Source: Pelagomonas calceolata (taxonomy: Eukaryota). Taken from it: DNA of 64,000 nucleotides. Position 1 is the first letter of the stretch. Each line of letters opens with the position of its first letter. The notes below the pieces were generated by a model, which saw nothing but the letters and a program-made list of their open reading frames with translations, was not told where the DNA came from and made no database searches. Made by a program: the position numbers and the translations under genes. Below, in pieces: positions 30,740 to 41,283 of this stretch. The stretch spans positions 372,001-436,000 of the forward strand of contig CAKKNE010000005.1 in the NCBI GenBank assembly GCA_918797485.1, in the 5' to 3' direction.

Positions 30740-31212
30740 ACTATCCAAGTCTGAAACTTAGCGTTTCTAGAGATTCTCGGCGGGGTCTTTGTGTCTTGTC
30801 TGGCGAGTCTTCCTTTACGACGCGCCGCGATCTAGAGATGAACAAACAAGCGATCTACCCAAAGTGCCATTTAGACCTGCCGTTCATCCTCCCCACTCCG
30901 CGACGGGGGCCGGGGGTTTTGGGGGGCCGTCGTCGGCGCCGGCGATGAGCAGGAGCCCGTCGACAATAATCTGGAGTTCGGCCGCTGACGTGTTCATCCC
31001 GACGGCGAGCTCTTCCAACTGTTCTTCCCAGGTTGGTGGGGGAGCCTGAGGCGGAGGCGGCGGGGCCTGCGCGAGCCCGCTGTCCACGAAGTCGTACGGG
31101 CCGAAGAGCTCGTCGAGCTCGCGGGCGATGTCGTCCCGGTCGTGAGGACGAGTCGATCACGTTTACGCACGGACTCTTCGGACCGGCGTCGGGCCCCGAC
31201 CAGTTCCGGCAG

Positions 31213-31980
31213 ATGGCTCGAAACAACTCGTACGCTCGACGGCGCATGTCGCCGGCGTCGGAGCGGCGGCGCACGTTGCTGGCCGGCGCCGGCGGCGTGG
31301 TGCAGCTCCGTCGCCTCGCGAGCGGCCGGTGCCGCGTATCTCGGGTCGGCGAGACGCGGCGCGCGCAGTACCGCGAGGAGCGCGACGCGAAGCGCCGCGA
31401 GCGGCTGGAACGCGCACTGGACGAGGCACGCGCGGCGAGCCAGGGGCTCGGGAAAAATTTCTGGGCCCTCTACTACAGTGCCTGGGCCATTTTCCTGGCC
31501 TGCCTCACGTCGCTAGCGTTTTGCGTGTGGTGGAGGCGGTATCTTACTTTCGGGAATCGCGCGCTGCTGCTCGTCCTGGGGCTCGCGACATCTTACATAG
31601 GCGAGCAAGTCGAGTATGGACGGCCTATATTCGGTTATGATCTTGGAAATTGGATTCCCGGGCTGCTCGGTGTCGCCACGTGGACAGGGGTGCTCACTTG
31701 TCTTTTCGCTACGTTCGGGTGTTTTTCGGCGCCATGCACCCTTGGCCTCTTCGTTTCGAGCCTGAGCTTCGAGCTGTGGCGGCGTAGGACTATTGACTCC
31801 AGGATGGGAGAGTGTGAGCCGGACGCAGAAGATGAATTGGAATGTGTGCCCTACTTCATCCTTATCATAGGCTTTGCCGTCGGCCATTGGTGGCAGGGGC
31901 GCGTCGCGGAGGGCGCGGGGCTCTTCGCACTTTACGCCGTGGCGATCTGGCTCGCTTCCCGTAGAGTTGGGGAGGGTTAA
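31213..31980 (+). CDS. Hypothetical multi-pass membrane protein
   Basis: Long open frame with ~5-6 hydrophobic segments; start uncertain. Confidence 0.5.
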   Translation: MARNNSYARRRMSPASERRRTLLAGAGGVVQLRRLASGRCRVSRVGETRRAQYREERDAKRRERLERALDEARAASQGLGKNFWALYYSAWAIFLACLTSLAFCVWWRRYLTFGNRALLLVLGLATSYIGEQVEYGRPIFGYDLGNWIPGLLGVATWTGVLTCLFATFGCFSAPCTLGLFVSSLSFELWRRRTIDSRMGECEPDAEDELECVPYFILIIGFAVGHWWQGRVAEGAGLFALYAVAIWLASRRVGEG

Positions 31981-33286
31981 TGAGCTTGCTTAGTGCTTAC
32001 TACTAGTACCTAGGTCCGCGTCCCCGTACCCCGCGCGGGCGGCCCACCGACCCGCGCAGTCGAGGCGATCTGCCGACGGTCCGCGCTGTCGCTGTGACCG
32101 CCAGGTCCGCGCGCCAGCGGTGCGGCGCCGCCGGGGGATGGCCTGGTGAGGCGCGGCCGCGATCGCGTGCGGGACGGCGTCTCGTCGAACGAGCTCCAAC
32201 GCGTGGAGCGGAGCACCCCCGGGCTAGAACCGGCTGCCCACGCCGCGTTGGCGTGCCGGGGGCTGCATCCGTGGCATCCTCGGCTCCTGTGACGCCCTGT
32301 GATGCCGCTGAAGTGCTTTTTTGGGGACCAATGGGGGGTCTTCGGCCCGGCTGCCGCCTCGCACGCCCTACGTAACGTAGCAGGCTGGTGCCAGGCGACT
32401 TGCACGGGCCAAATTCTTTTTTTGTGTGGCATACACGGCGCTTGACGTGTCTCTTTCTGGCAGCTTCACTCTGAGGCAAGAACACTAGGAAAAGGCTAGT
32501 AACAGGTGAAGTGCGCCGCCGCGCGTCCCCACTCGCCAGGGTGGGCCAGAGACAGTTGGGAATCGAAAGGGCGAATATACGAGTACGACAGCGGATGGTG
32601 TTATTCGGGACGCGGTGGGCCGTAACGCTCCAGTTTTACCACTCGCAGGAGTCGTTTCTTCGCGCGCCGAGGCAAGTCTGAGCAGCGAGGCTTCCAGCAG
32701 AACGATTTTACCGCGCACACGCCTCCGGGAAGTGCCAATTTAGCGACCGGTGATGACAGGGACGTACTTCGACTGCTACACCAAGAAGGCCGTGAAGAAA
32801 GGCTAGTTTTGCCGTATTGACTGCTTCAAAGACACGGAATTCTTGCCAAGGACTCCCTGGACAACATCCACGCTGCTGCGCGGCGTCACTCCGCCGCGCA
32901 CCGCGAACTTGTACCTCAGAGTGTTGCTGTTAAATTTGACTGAACGCACGTGCCCGCGTCTTCATACACGCTGCGCGCGGCCTTCTGCAATTGCAATCAA
33001 CCAAAGAGACTGCCGCGGGCAAAAACAGCAATCAAAGTCGGACTTTCAGCACCTGCGTGGGGCGCCGGAACTCGACCGAGCGCTGAGATTTTTTTCAGAA
33101 CACACATCCGCGCCGCGCGCCCGCGCGCCCCGCCTCAGGCCGCGCTCCGAGCCCTGGAGACGACGTCCGAGCGCCCCCGGCCGCCCGAATCCCCCTCCAC
33201 ACACCTGCCGCGCCGCCGCGCGCCTCGCAAACCCGCGACCCCCACAAAACACAAGCAACCCGCGCAGGCCCCCCAGAAGAAGCGCC

Positions 33287-34738
33287 ATGGCGACGCCCCC
33301 GCCGACCGGCTCCGCCGCGGCCCGCTCCGCCCTCGCCCAGAAGCTCTCGGGCGTGCCCCCGGACTACTTCGTGATCAAATTGTACCAGATGCTCCAGGAG
33401 CAGCGGGAAGTGCTCACGTGGGACCCGGATGGAGGCATCATCATCCACGATCGCCAGCGCCTGGAAGCGACGCTGTCTGTTTATTTCAGACACAACCGGT
33501 TCACGTCGTTTCAGAGACAACTGAACAACTTCGGCTTCCACAAGAAGCGCAAGCCCACGGCCTGCCTGTCGGGCACGGCGGCGCAGCAACGGAAAGGCGC
33601 GGCCTACGACCACCCGCTCCTCGTCGGGCAGCAGCCCGAGGCCGTCCTCCGCCTCCGCCGCGACGCGCGCCCGCGCCAGCCGCGCGGCGAGGCCTCTCCT
33701 AGGAGATCGACGGCGCGCCAGCGCTCGGCCCGCGCGCCGCCCGTCGGCGAGGGCGCGTTCAATCTGCTCGCGGACGTCGCCGCGACGGAGCTGCGGAGAG
33801 AAAATTCAAGGGGAGAGCTCGAGGCCGACGCGGAACTACTGACGAGGAACGCTAGTTCGTCGGAAGACCTCGAGGATAGAGGCGCATCCGCCTCGCCTCC
33901 CAGAGTCTCGGACTCGGAAGGCCGAACCTCGTCCGAGGAGAGAAGTTCCTCAGTAGCCTCCTCCGAAAACCGCAACGAACGTTCAAGTTCAAGAGACGAC
34001 GACGGCTCCGGTTCTGGTAGTGACGACGGCCACCGGAGGCAGCAGCACCCGGACGCGCCCCCCGCAATAGTGGGCGGCTCGCCGCGAAGAAGCCCTCAAA
34101 AGCCCTTCCCCGTCTTACTAAAAGACATGCTCGACGCGACTTCTGATCAAATCCTGGCCTGGTCGGCCGACGGCGCGGCCTTCGAGATCCGCGACGCCGA
34201 GGCGCTGCAAAGGGACGTGCTGCCCAAGTTCTTCCGCCACGTCCGCGCCGGCGTCCGTTCCTTCGCGCCGCCGCGGCGACGGCGTGCAGGTGGTGTAGGC
34301 TCGGCGCACGCCATCGCCGCGCCCGCCTCGGAGACCAACGGGGGAACAACACAGGCGCGCCTCGCGTCGTTCCAGCGCCAGCTCTCGCTCTACCAGTTCC
34401 GAAGGGCCAAGGCCGCGCCCGGCGCGCCCGCGCCGCCCATGGCCTACGCGCACCCGCGCTTTACCAGAGACGCCGACGCCGCGGCCTTGTCGAGCGTCAC
34501 GCGCGCGGCGTCGCCGAAATCGTCGCCGCCGTCGTCACCAAAAGCGGCCGCGCCGGGCTCGGCCGAGGCGCCGACGTCGCCGCGCGTGCGGCCGCGGGAA
34601 GCGAACGAAGAAAGCGCCCTGACGGCGCTCTTCGCGCTCTCCGGCGTGTCCTCGTCCGACGCGGGCGGCGGCGGCGACGCCGCTCCCGTCGAGCCGAAGC
34701 GGCAGAAGGTCGACGAGCCCGTGCGCGTCGTCGGCTGA
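33287..34738 (+). CDS. Heat-shock transcription factor with two HSF DNA-binding domains; in-frame intron 34241-34354
   Basis: 'FVIKLYQML...W..DG...YFRHNRFTSFQRQLNNFGFHK' and 'FPVLLKDML...WSADG.AFEI...LPKFFRH|ARLASFQRQLSLYQF'. Confidence 0.88.
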   Translation: MATPPPTGSAAARSALAQKLSGVPPDYFVIKLYQMLQEQREVLTWDPDGGIIIHDRQRLEATLSVYFRHNRFTSFQRQLNNFGFHKKRKPTACLSGTAAQQRKGAAYDHPLLVGQQPEAVLRLRRDARPRQPRGEASPRRSTARQRSARAPPVGEGAFNLLADVAATELRRENSRGELEADAELLTRNASSSEDLEDRGASASPPRVSDSEGRTSSEERSSSVASSENRNERSSSRDDDGSGSGSDDGHRRQQHPDAPPAIVGGSPRRSPQKPFPVLLKDMLDATSDQILAWSADGAAFEIRDAEALQRDVLPKFFRHVRAGVRSFAPPRRRRAGGVGSAHAIAAPASETNGGTTQARLASFQRQLSLYQFRRAKAAPGAPAPPMAYAHPRFTRDADAAALSSVTRAASPKSSPPSSPKAAAPGSAEAPTSPRVRPREANEESALTALFALSGVSSSDAGGGGDAAPVEPKRQKVDEPVRVVG

Positions 34739-34947
34739 CCAACCCTCCCGACACATCCTTCCATCCCCGGGGTCCTTTCAAGGTCCGGGGCATCCGCTAA
34801 GCACGCGGTTGGTGTGTATCCTAGCGTCGACGGCGTGACGGTCTTTCGAATTAAATTACACGCACAGCAGCTAGTAGTAGGCCGGACGGCGTCGACGGCG
34901 TCCAGCTCGACGCCGTCGACGCGACCGAAGGAGGGACGGCACAGCAG

Positions 34948-35757
34948 CTAGTCGCCGTCGGCCCAGTCCAGCGCCTCCGTCGCGTACCGGTACCCGAAGA
35001 AGCCCGCACATCCTACAACCGGCAGCGCCCCCACGAACCACGGGAACCCGTCCACGTAGAAGACGCCTCTCGCCATCAGCGTCGCGACGAACGGAATCGA
35101 CAGCACGCCGAGCAACTCCGCGTTCACGATGGACGTCATCCTCTTCACCAATGCTGGAGACAAGGGCGGCACGTCGCCTTTTTGCTTCGCCACGGCTCTT
35201 TGTACGATCTTGATCGTTGGAAAATAGGACGCACTTCCGACGACCGCCAACAGGGACATCTTCACCCAAAACAGGGGTTCGTGCGCGTAGAACTCCCAGC
35301 CCTTGGCGTAGGCCGTGGCCCGGAAGTAGCCCGAGACCAGTATGAGTAACCCGCTTAATCCATAGACTATATCTGCGGTCGCCAAGAGATCAAACGATTC
35401 TTCACTCATGTCTTCTTTTAGTAGTAATCTTTCTGTCGTCAATGAACCAACTATGCCCATCAACGCCAGATAGTGCGAGTACGCAGCTATCGCAGAGGGC
35501 AGCGCGTCGGCGGCGAGCGCCGGTCCCGCGGTGACGAGTGACGCGGCGGCCAGCGCGGTTATTGCAGGTGCCCTGTGCCGCGGCGGTGCGTCGACGGCGT
35601 GGTGCTGCGGCTCGTTTGCTGCTGCATGGCCGCAGGTGCGTGGGAAATGGCGTTTGTAGAGTCGCAAGGCTCGCGGTATCGGCTGCTGCACATAGGCACA
35701 AGTCGACACGAATCCCAAAGCGAGCAAACTCGCCCTCGAACGGGCCATCGTGAGCAT
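34948..35757 (-). CDS. DUF2214-like membrane protein with a signal/transit-like N-terminus
   Basis: 'AYSHYLA', 'ADIVYGLSG..ILVSGYFR...AKGWEFYAHEPLFWVK', 'SYFPT', 'ATLMARG'; possible in-frame GC-AG intron ending at 35573. Confidence 0.75.
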   Translation of the reverse strand: MLTMARSRASLLALGFVSTCAYVQQPIPRALRLYKRHFPRTCGHAAANEPQHHAVDAPPRHRAPAITALAAASLVTAGPALAADALPSAIAAYSHYLALMGIVGSLTTERLLLKEDMSEESFDLLATADIVYGLSGLLILVSGYFRATAYAKGWEFYAHEPLFWVKMSLLAVVGSASYFPTIKIVQRAVAKQKGDVPPLSPALVKRMTSIVNAELLGVLSIPFVATLMARGVFYVDGFPWFVGALPVVGCAGFFGYRYATEALDWADGD

Positions 35758-36306
35758 TTAATCCTGACGGCAAACCAAGGCTGTGTGAGGGAGAGAGGCA
35801 GAGAGGCGCAAAGGGATGTACGGAAGCGCCCAGCTTGGCGCCGCCAGGCCTCAAAGCAACAATATGACAGGTCGCGAGACCTCGGGGGCTGCAGAAACTA
35901 CAGTAAAGAGCAGCAGACCGACCGCCCGCCCCACAAAAGCGGGATCGCTCCGGAGGGCTCCTCCACTCCACTCCGCCGCCGCCGGCCGCCGCATGGCGAG
36001 CCCCGACCGGGCTTCAAGGAACCTGCAGCTGAGCCAAAATCGTACGAGCTTGGCGTTCAGATTCCTCTTCCAAGCGCAGCCCGCGGCCCGCCCGCTCGCC
36101 TCGTGGACGCCTGGCCCTCGCTGGCACCCAAAGCGCGCGGCGGGGCTGCCCCCGGGCGCCCGCGCGGCCGCCGCGGAGCCAGCAGCTGGCAGCCAGGGTT
36201 CGGAGCCACGAGCGTGCCGCCCCGTGGGCCCGGGGAGCGTGCCCACAGCGCGCCACCGGGCCAACCTCGGAACGCGAGGCGCGGGCCCGCCGCGGCCGTT
36301 CCCGCG

Positions 36307-37191
36307 ATGGCGGAGCGGCCCGCCGGCCGCCGCGCCGAGCTCGACCTCCTGAAGGATAAGCTCGCGGAGCAGAGGTCCGTCCTCGACGCCCCGTGCGTCT
36401 GCCCCGACCGGCCGTGCAAGCGGCACCGAACGTCGCCGCTGCCGCGCGAGCACCACCGCGGCGCGTCCCTCGAGGCCATCTTCGAAGGGACGGATACGAC
36501 GTGCAAGCACACGGCCGTCGCGCTCGACTACCTGCGGTGCACGACCGAGGCTTCGCAGTACCAGGTCACGTCCACGAAGGACGACACCGTCGTGAGCTGC
36601 TCGGCGGCCTGGCTCGACACATGCGGGTATGGTCTCGAGGACGTGATCGGTCGCAATTTCCGGCACCTGCAGGGGCCGAAGACGGACGCGTGCGTCGTCC
36701 GGAGACTCGCCGCGGCCGTCGCCCGGGGCGAGCCCTGCGAAGGCACGCTGATCAATTATAGAGCGGACGGGTCGACGTTTGAGAACGAGTTTGTCATCGT
36801 GCCCGTGCGCCGGTGTCATAGCAGTGAACCGAGCCACTGGCTCTCGGTGCACGGCGACGCGTCGGCGCTGCACTGGTCGGCGCGGTCGTCTCCAGAAATA
36901 CAGCACCGCGCCGTCTCGGTCTCGGGCTCGCGCGGCTCGGACCGGTCGCGGTCCAAATCCTCGGAGACCGACTCGGACCCGTCGGGCGGCTGGCTCGACC
37001 TCGAGCGCGCGCGGTCGCGGTCCGGCTCGCCCGGGTCGTCGTCGGGCTCGTCGTCGGGCCTGTCCGGATCGGGGTCGCCGGCGGCGCTCGAAACGGCCTT
37101 ACGGCGAGCGGAGGCCGCCGAGGGCGCGCTGGCCTCGATGACGCGCCGCGCGGAAAAGGCCGAGAAGGCGCTCGCCGAGCGCGGTACATAG
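36307..37191 (+). CDS. PAS/LOV-like domain protein lacking the photoactive Cys; start uncertain
   Basis: 'CGY...DVIGRNFRHLQGPKTD', 'LINYRADGSTFEN', Ser-rich linker, C-terminal coiled coil. Confidence 0.75.
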   Translation: MAERPAGRRAELDLLKDKLAEQRSVLDAPCVCPDRPCKRHRTSPLPREHHRGASLEAIFEGTDTTCKHTAVALDYLRCTTEASQYQVTSTKDDTVVSCSAAWLDTCGYGLEDVIGRNFRHLQGPKTDACVVRRLAAAVARGEPCEGTLINYRADGSTFENEFVIVPVRRCHSSEPSHWLSVHGDASALHWSARSSPEIQHRAVSVSGSRGSDRSRSKSSETDSDPSGGWLDLERARSRSGSPGSSSGSSSGLSGSGSPAALETALRRAEAAEGALASMTRRAEKAEKALAERGT

Positions 37192-37351
37192 CCCCCCGGC
37201 GCCGTCGTCAGGCGGCGCCGACCCACCCACTTCCACCCACTTTCCCCGAGCTGCTGTGCTGTTCGTAAATTCGAAGAATGAGAAAAACACATCTATAGGC
37301 AGTATCCCGCGTCCATTGTAGCGTGGCACATCGACTGGCATAGTACTCGGG

Positions 37352-38395
37352 TCAGACGAACGCGCTCGGCGGCGCGTCGAAGTACGTCAGCGCCGCCCAC
37401 GCGACGGAGGCCAGGCCCACGGCCACGAGGTACAGCGGGCACGCGTGGGCGTGGATCTCGAGCATGTCGCCCACCGTGCGCATCGTGCCCAGGGCGTACC
37501 ACCGGCCGGCGGCGCCCACCGCGAGCACCTGGCCCGTCCAGGACTCCTGGGGCGAGTGCACGACCGCGGACACGAGCGAGAAGTCGTGGAGGCGGAGGTG
37601 GCCCGGCTGCGCCGCGAGGATCGACGCGGCGCTCGCGCGGCTCGCCGCGACGCCGGCGTCGACGAGGAGCCCGGCGTCGACTTTACCGGCCTCGAGCGCC
37701 GGGTTCGAGACGGCGAGCGCGGCCAGGGCCCCCAAGGCGAGCACCGGCGCGGCGCGAGGCCTGAGGCAAGCGCAAAACGCCGTCGCCGCGCCGACGAGGC
37801 TCAGCCTTCCGGTCGCGTCGTTGCGGCGCATCAGGTCGCCGACGCCGTCCGCCACGGCCTTCACGGAAAATGCCGACGGCGCCGGGCCGTAGAAAGCAGC
37901 AGCGACCAGCGGTACGATGTAGCAGAGCGCTCGCAGCCGCGCGCGCGGCGACCCCGGCGGCGGCACGGCCAGGAACGCGAGCGCCGCGATGACAAGACCG
38001 GCGCGCCAGGCTCTGGCGCCCTTCGATTCGCTCTTCAGCCTCTGAATCCCCTCGGCCGCGAAGGGCGACGTCATCGACGCCTGGTGGGCCGCGAGCTCGA
38101 GCGCCGCCCGCAGGGCGGACAGCGCGTCGACGCGCCACTGCGGAGAAACTTCGTATTTCGCAGCCAGCTTGCGGTAGAGCTCCTGTTCCCGGCCGGCGTA
38201 GCGGTCGAGGACGTCGGGGACGCTGTGGACCTTGTCCGGCGCGTGCTGGAGGTAGAACCGCGTCAGGCGCGCCGCGTGGACTGGCTTCGCGAAAAATCCG
38301 CCCGCGAGCGCGTCGCTCTGGCCGGACTGATCCAACCACTGGACGCCGACGGCGAACAGTGCGACTAACACTGCGGAGGTCTTGACGAGACCCAT
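37352..38395 (-). CDS. Hypothetical membrane protein
   Basis: Signal-like start MGLVKT; helical 'RLTRFYLQHAPDKV..V..VLDRYAGREQELYRKLAAKY' module; several TM segments. Confidence 0.6.
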   Translation of the reverse strand: MGLVKTSAVLVALFAVGVQWLDQSGQSDALAGGFFAKPVHAARLTRFYLQHAPDKVHSVPDVLDRYAGREQELYRKLAAKYEVSPQWRVDALSALRAALELAAHQASMTSPFAAEGIQRLKSESKGARAWRAGLVIAALAFLAVPPPGSPRARLRALCYIVPLVAAAFYGPAPSAFSVKAVADGVGDLMRRNDATGRLSLVGAATAFCACLRPRAAPVLALGALAALAVSNPALEAGKVDAGLLVDAGVAASRASAASILAAQPGHLRLHDFSLVSAVVHSPQESWTGQVLAVGAAGRWYALGTMRTVGDMLEIHAHACPLYLVAVGLASVAWAALTYFDAPPSAFV

Positions 38396-38771
38396 TGCTT
38401 GCGCGTCGACGGCGCGCACGCTAAGGAGAGATTTTGCTGCTGTGCAGAGTTGAGGCCTTTAGACGTCCTGCACGCAATTCTTTCCGCTCCTCGCAGAAGA
38501 CGCACAGTGTAGATAAATTAGCGACCACCGCTGGTGCATGTATAGTCCCCAGCGCGCCGAAACCAAACTCGGCGGTGGAAGCGAGCTAGCGTCGGTAAAG
38601 GCGCTAGCGAGCGACACATAAAACGCTGTGCAGCCAAAGCTGCGCCACACGCGCAGAAGTATAACATTGAGCCAGTTTTTCGTGCCCCCATACCACTCCT
38701 TGGCCCAACTATCCAGCGTTTCCGCGCTCTTATCGCCGCACCAGGCTCCCACAAGGCGCTGCACGGCAACC

Positions 38772-39491
38772 ATGGCGAAACCCAAGCGCACCTCTCATAA
38801 AAAAACCGTGACAAAGAAACCCACGACCTCGAACTGGGAACGCCTGCGGCCGCAGCTCACGAAGGGCGCCAAAAAAAAGGGGTCGAAGCACGCCGCGCGC
38901 GACCTCGCGGAGGCACTACAACAAGCTAAAGCAACAAAGACGGTCAAGAAGCCCCACACGGTCGCGCCCGACACGTACGTCGCGTTGGACTGCGAGATGG
39001 TCGGCGTCGGGAGCAATGGGCGCGAGAGCGCCCTCGCGCGGTGTTCGGTCGTCGACGAGCAAGGCAAGGTGTTGTACGACCGGCACGTCCAGGTCGACGA
39101 GCGGGTCACGGACTTCCGGACGAAGTATTCCGGTGTGCGAGCGAAGGATTTGAAGCACGACAGCGTCACGTTTCGCGACTGCCAGCAAAAGGTCGCGGCG
39201 TTACTGCGAGGCAAGATTCTAGTGGGTCACGCGCTGTCGAACGACCTGAAGGTTTTATTATTACCACATCCTAGACAGCAGATGAGAGATACGGCCCGGT
39301 GGCCGCCGTTGATGCGGACGACGCGCCACGGGAAGCGCCGCCCGCGGAAGCTGCGTGATCTAGTGCTGGAGCATCTCGACCGCAAGATCCAGGAGGGCGA
39401 GCACGGCTCTGTCGAGGACGCGACGGCCGCGATGGACCTGTACAAACTGTTCGCGGCGGACTGGGAGGCGTCGCTCCGTTTGTCGGCGTAA
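38772..39491 (+). CDS. REX4: RNA exonuclease 4 (DEDDh)
   Basis: 'YVALDCEMVGVG', 'VTDFRTKYSGV', 'ILVGHALSNDL', 'RDTA', 'IQEGEHGSVEDA'. Confidence 0.92.
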   Translation: MAKPKRTSHKKTVTKKPTTSNWERLRPQLTKGAKKKGSKHAARDLAEALQQAKATKTVKKPHTVAPDTYVALDCEMVGVGSNGRESALARCSVVDEQGKVLYDRHVQVDERVTDFRTKYSGVRAKDLKHDSVTFRDCQQKVAALLRGKILVGHALSNDLKVLLLPHPRQQMRDTARWPPLMRTTRHGKRRPRKLRDLVLEHLDRKIQEGEHGSVEDATAAMDLYKLFAADWEASLRLSA

Positions 39492-39566
39492 ATGTGTAGT
39501 TGTTATTTTTGCTCGATGGCGTTGAGGGGCTATCCAAGAAATCTGAAGCAACAAAACAATGATTAA

Positions 39567-41054
39567 TTACTCCTCGACCCGCAACTGCAACTCGGGCGGC
39601 AGCTCGCCCTGGTCCTCGAGCCAGTCCCCGAACGCATCGATGCGCTTCTCCTCCCCGCCTTCCGCCGACTCCTCGGCCTCCTTCGCGACGCGTTTGAAAT
39701 CCGTCACCCCGTCCCAAAAAGCAGCCTTCAACTTTCGACCCCGAAACTCATGTGAATCCCACACCTTCACGGACTTCTGCGCGTCCGAGGGCTCCTTGAA
39801 CTTGAACACGACGACGCCGTGCCGGTGGACCACGGCGCGATCGAGCGGCGCGCCGCCTCCCTCGAGCAGACCCAACAGCTCCTTCTGAACACTTTCAGCG
39901 AAGAGATCATACTTGGACTTCTCCTTCTCGTCGAGCACCTCCTGCACGGGAGCCTCGTCCAGCGAGAAACAGCTCTCAACAACCACAATCCGCATCGCGT
40001 TCTCCGGAGACGCACCTGAGTCGGCGTCGTACGCCCATGATTGAGCCTGCCGCTGGGCCCGCCGCGCCACGTGGGCCTTCTGGGGGTTGACCTTCTTCAC
40101 CTTGGATTGGTCGAAGGCCCCATATCTCGCACTGCCGAAGTCCGCCTTCGTGACCCGTAGAGGCACGTCAAACCTCAAAGAACCTCCATCCAAGATAGAA
40201 CAAGCGACGTCTACGGACGACGCATTCGCATAACATAACGACGCGTCGCCTTTCAAGGCGCCGGCGTCGTCTTTATATAATTTAATTTTTGGCGCGTTCT
40301 CCAGATCTCTCGCGATCGCGCCGCACTTGCCAAAGTGCTCCGCGAGCTCGTCCGTTGACACGTCGGGCGGTAGGCCCGTGACGTAGATCCAGCACTTCGT
40401 CGTCTTCGCGTCCCAGCCGGCCTTCTTTTTTCTCTTTTTTTTCTTGGGTTGATCGGGAACTTTCTCGGGAACCACCTCTTCCTCGTCGGACGAGGCCTCG
40501 CCGGGCACCCAGTCGCCGTCTCGAAACACGTAGGACACGCCGTCGTCGCCCTTGAAGCTTCGGGTTTTCTCCCTCGGCAGTTCTTCCGTTTGATCGGGCT
40601 CGTAGGCCTCTGTCTGCATTTCCTGCTGGAGCTGGGGCGGCTGCAGGACGTCCCGCAAGCCCTCTACGGACGAGAGCTGCTGCCACGCTTCGGAACCCTC
40701 CACAAAAATCTGCGAGAGGCCGTCGACTTCGCCGTTCTCGAAGCGCCGTCGCAGTTCGCCGAGAATGAAGGGACCCCGCCGTTCCTGCTGGTCCATGACG
40801 TAGAAGCGCTTCCTGCATAAGTTTGCGCGCACCGCGAGGCCGTCCGCTTCGGTTATTGTAGCCCACTCTGTTAGATGCGGCGCCCACACCGTCGCGGTCG
40901 GCGGCACGACGCCTCTCTCTAATAGTCGGAGGAGGGAGAACCCTGGTAAGGGGCCCTTCGGTTGGCCGTCAGACGAATACATCCAGCTGTCGGGCGGCGC
41001 GGCGGCGGGCGCGGCGGGCGCGGCTGCAGGGGCTGTAGGGGCGGCGGTCGCCAT
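39567..41054 (-). CDS. HTATSF1: HIV Tat-specific factor 1 / Cus2-like splicing factor with N-terminal GYF_2-like domains
   Basis: 'IYVTGLPPDV', 'FGKCGAI', 'KIKLYKD..G.LKGDA...Y', 'FRGRKLKAAFWDGVTD', 'RIDAFGDWLE'. Confidence 0.88.
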   Translation of the reverse strand: MATAAPTAPAAAPAAPAAAPPDSWMYSSDGQPKGPLPGFSLLRLLERGVVPPTATVWAPHLTEWATITEADGLAVRANLCRKRFYVMDQQERRGPFILGELRRRFENGEVDGLSQIFVEGSEAWQQLSSVEGLRDVLQPPQLQQEMQTEAYEPDQTEELPREKTRSFKGDDGVSYVFRDGDWVPGEASSDEEEVVPEKVPDQPKKKKRKKKAGWDAKTTKCWIYVTGLPPDVSTDELAEHFGKCGAIARDLENAPKIKLYKDDAGALKGDASLCYANASSVDVACSILDGGSLRFDVPLRVTKADFGSARYGAFDQSKVKKVNPQKAHVARRAQRQAQSWAYDADSGASPENAMRIVVVESCFSLDEAPVQEVLDEKEKSKYDLFAESVQKELLGLLEGGGAPLDRAVVHRHGVVVFKFKEPSDAQKSVKVWDSHEFRGRKLKAAFWDGVTDFKRVAKEAEESAEGGEEKRIDAFGDWLEDQGELPPELQLRVEE

Positions 41055-41283
41055 TTGCAGCGGCTGGAGCGCTGCTGGCGGCGGAGCAGCGATCAATGCA
41101 GTATCAACGCGCTGCAGTGAGCGGTACGCCGCGGTACGTCGCCCACGGCTAGCCGGCTTGTTTTGGTAAAGGCGGCTACCGAGGTATAAGGTACCATACC
41201 GATACCTTACCCGGCGGCCGGTAAGGTATTAATCTCAGACTACTGGCAAGTAGTAATTGAATTAAGCGCGCGAGCCAGGCGAG

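Noticed and set aside
30884..31160. Coding-looking minus-strand fragment 'DDIARELDELFGPYDFVDSG...'
   Set aside because: An upstream in-frame stop, no start codon or clear splice acceptor, and no recognisable domain
31990..33280. Long intergenic region as a possible TE or ncRNA
   Set aside because: No TIR, TSD, LTR, convincing ORF or RNA fold recognised; probably the HSF upstream region
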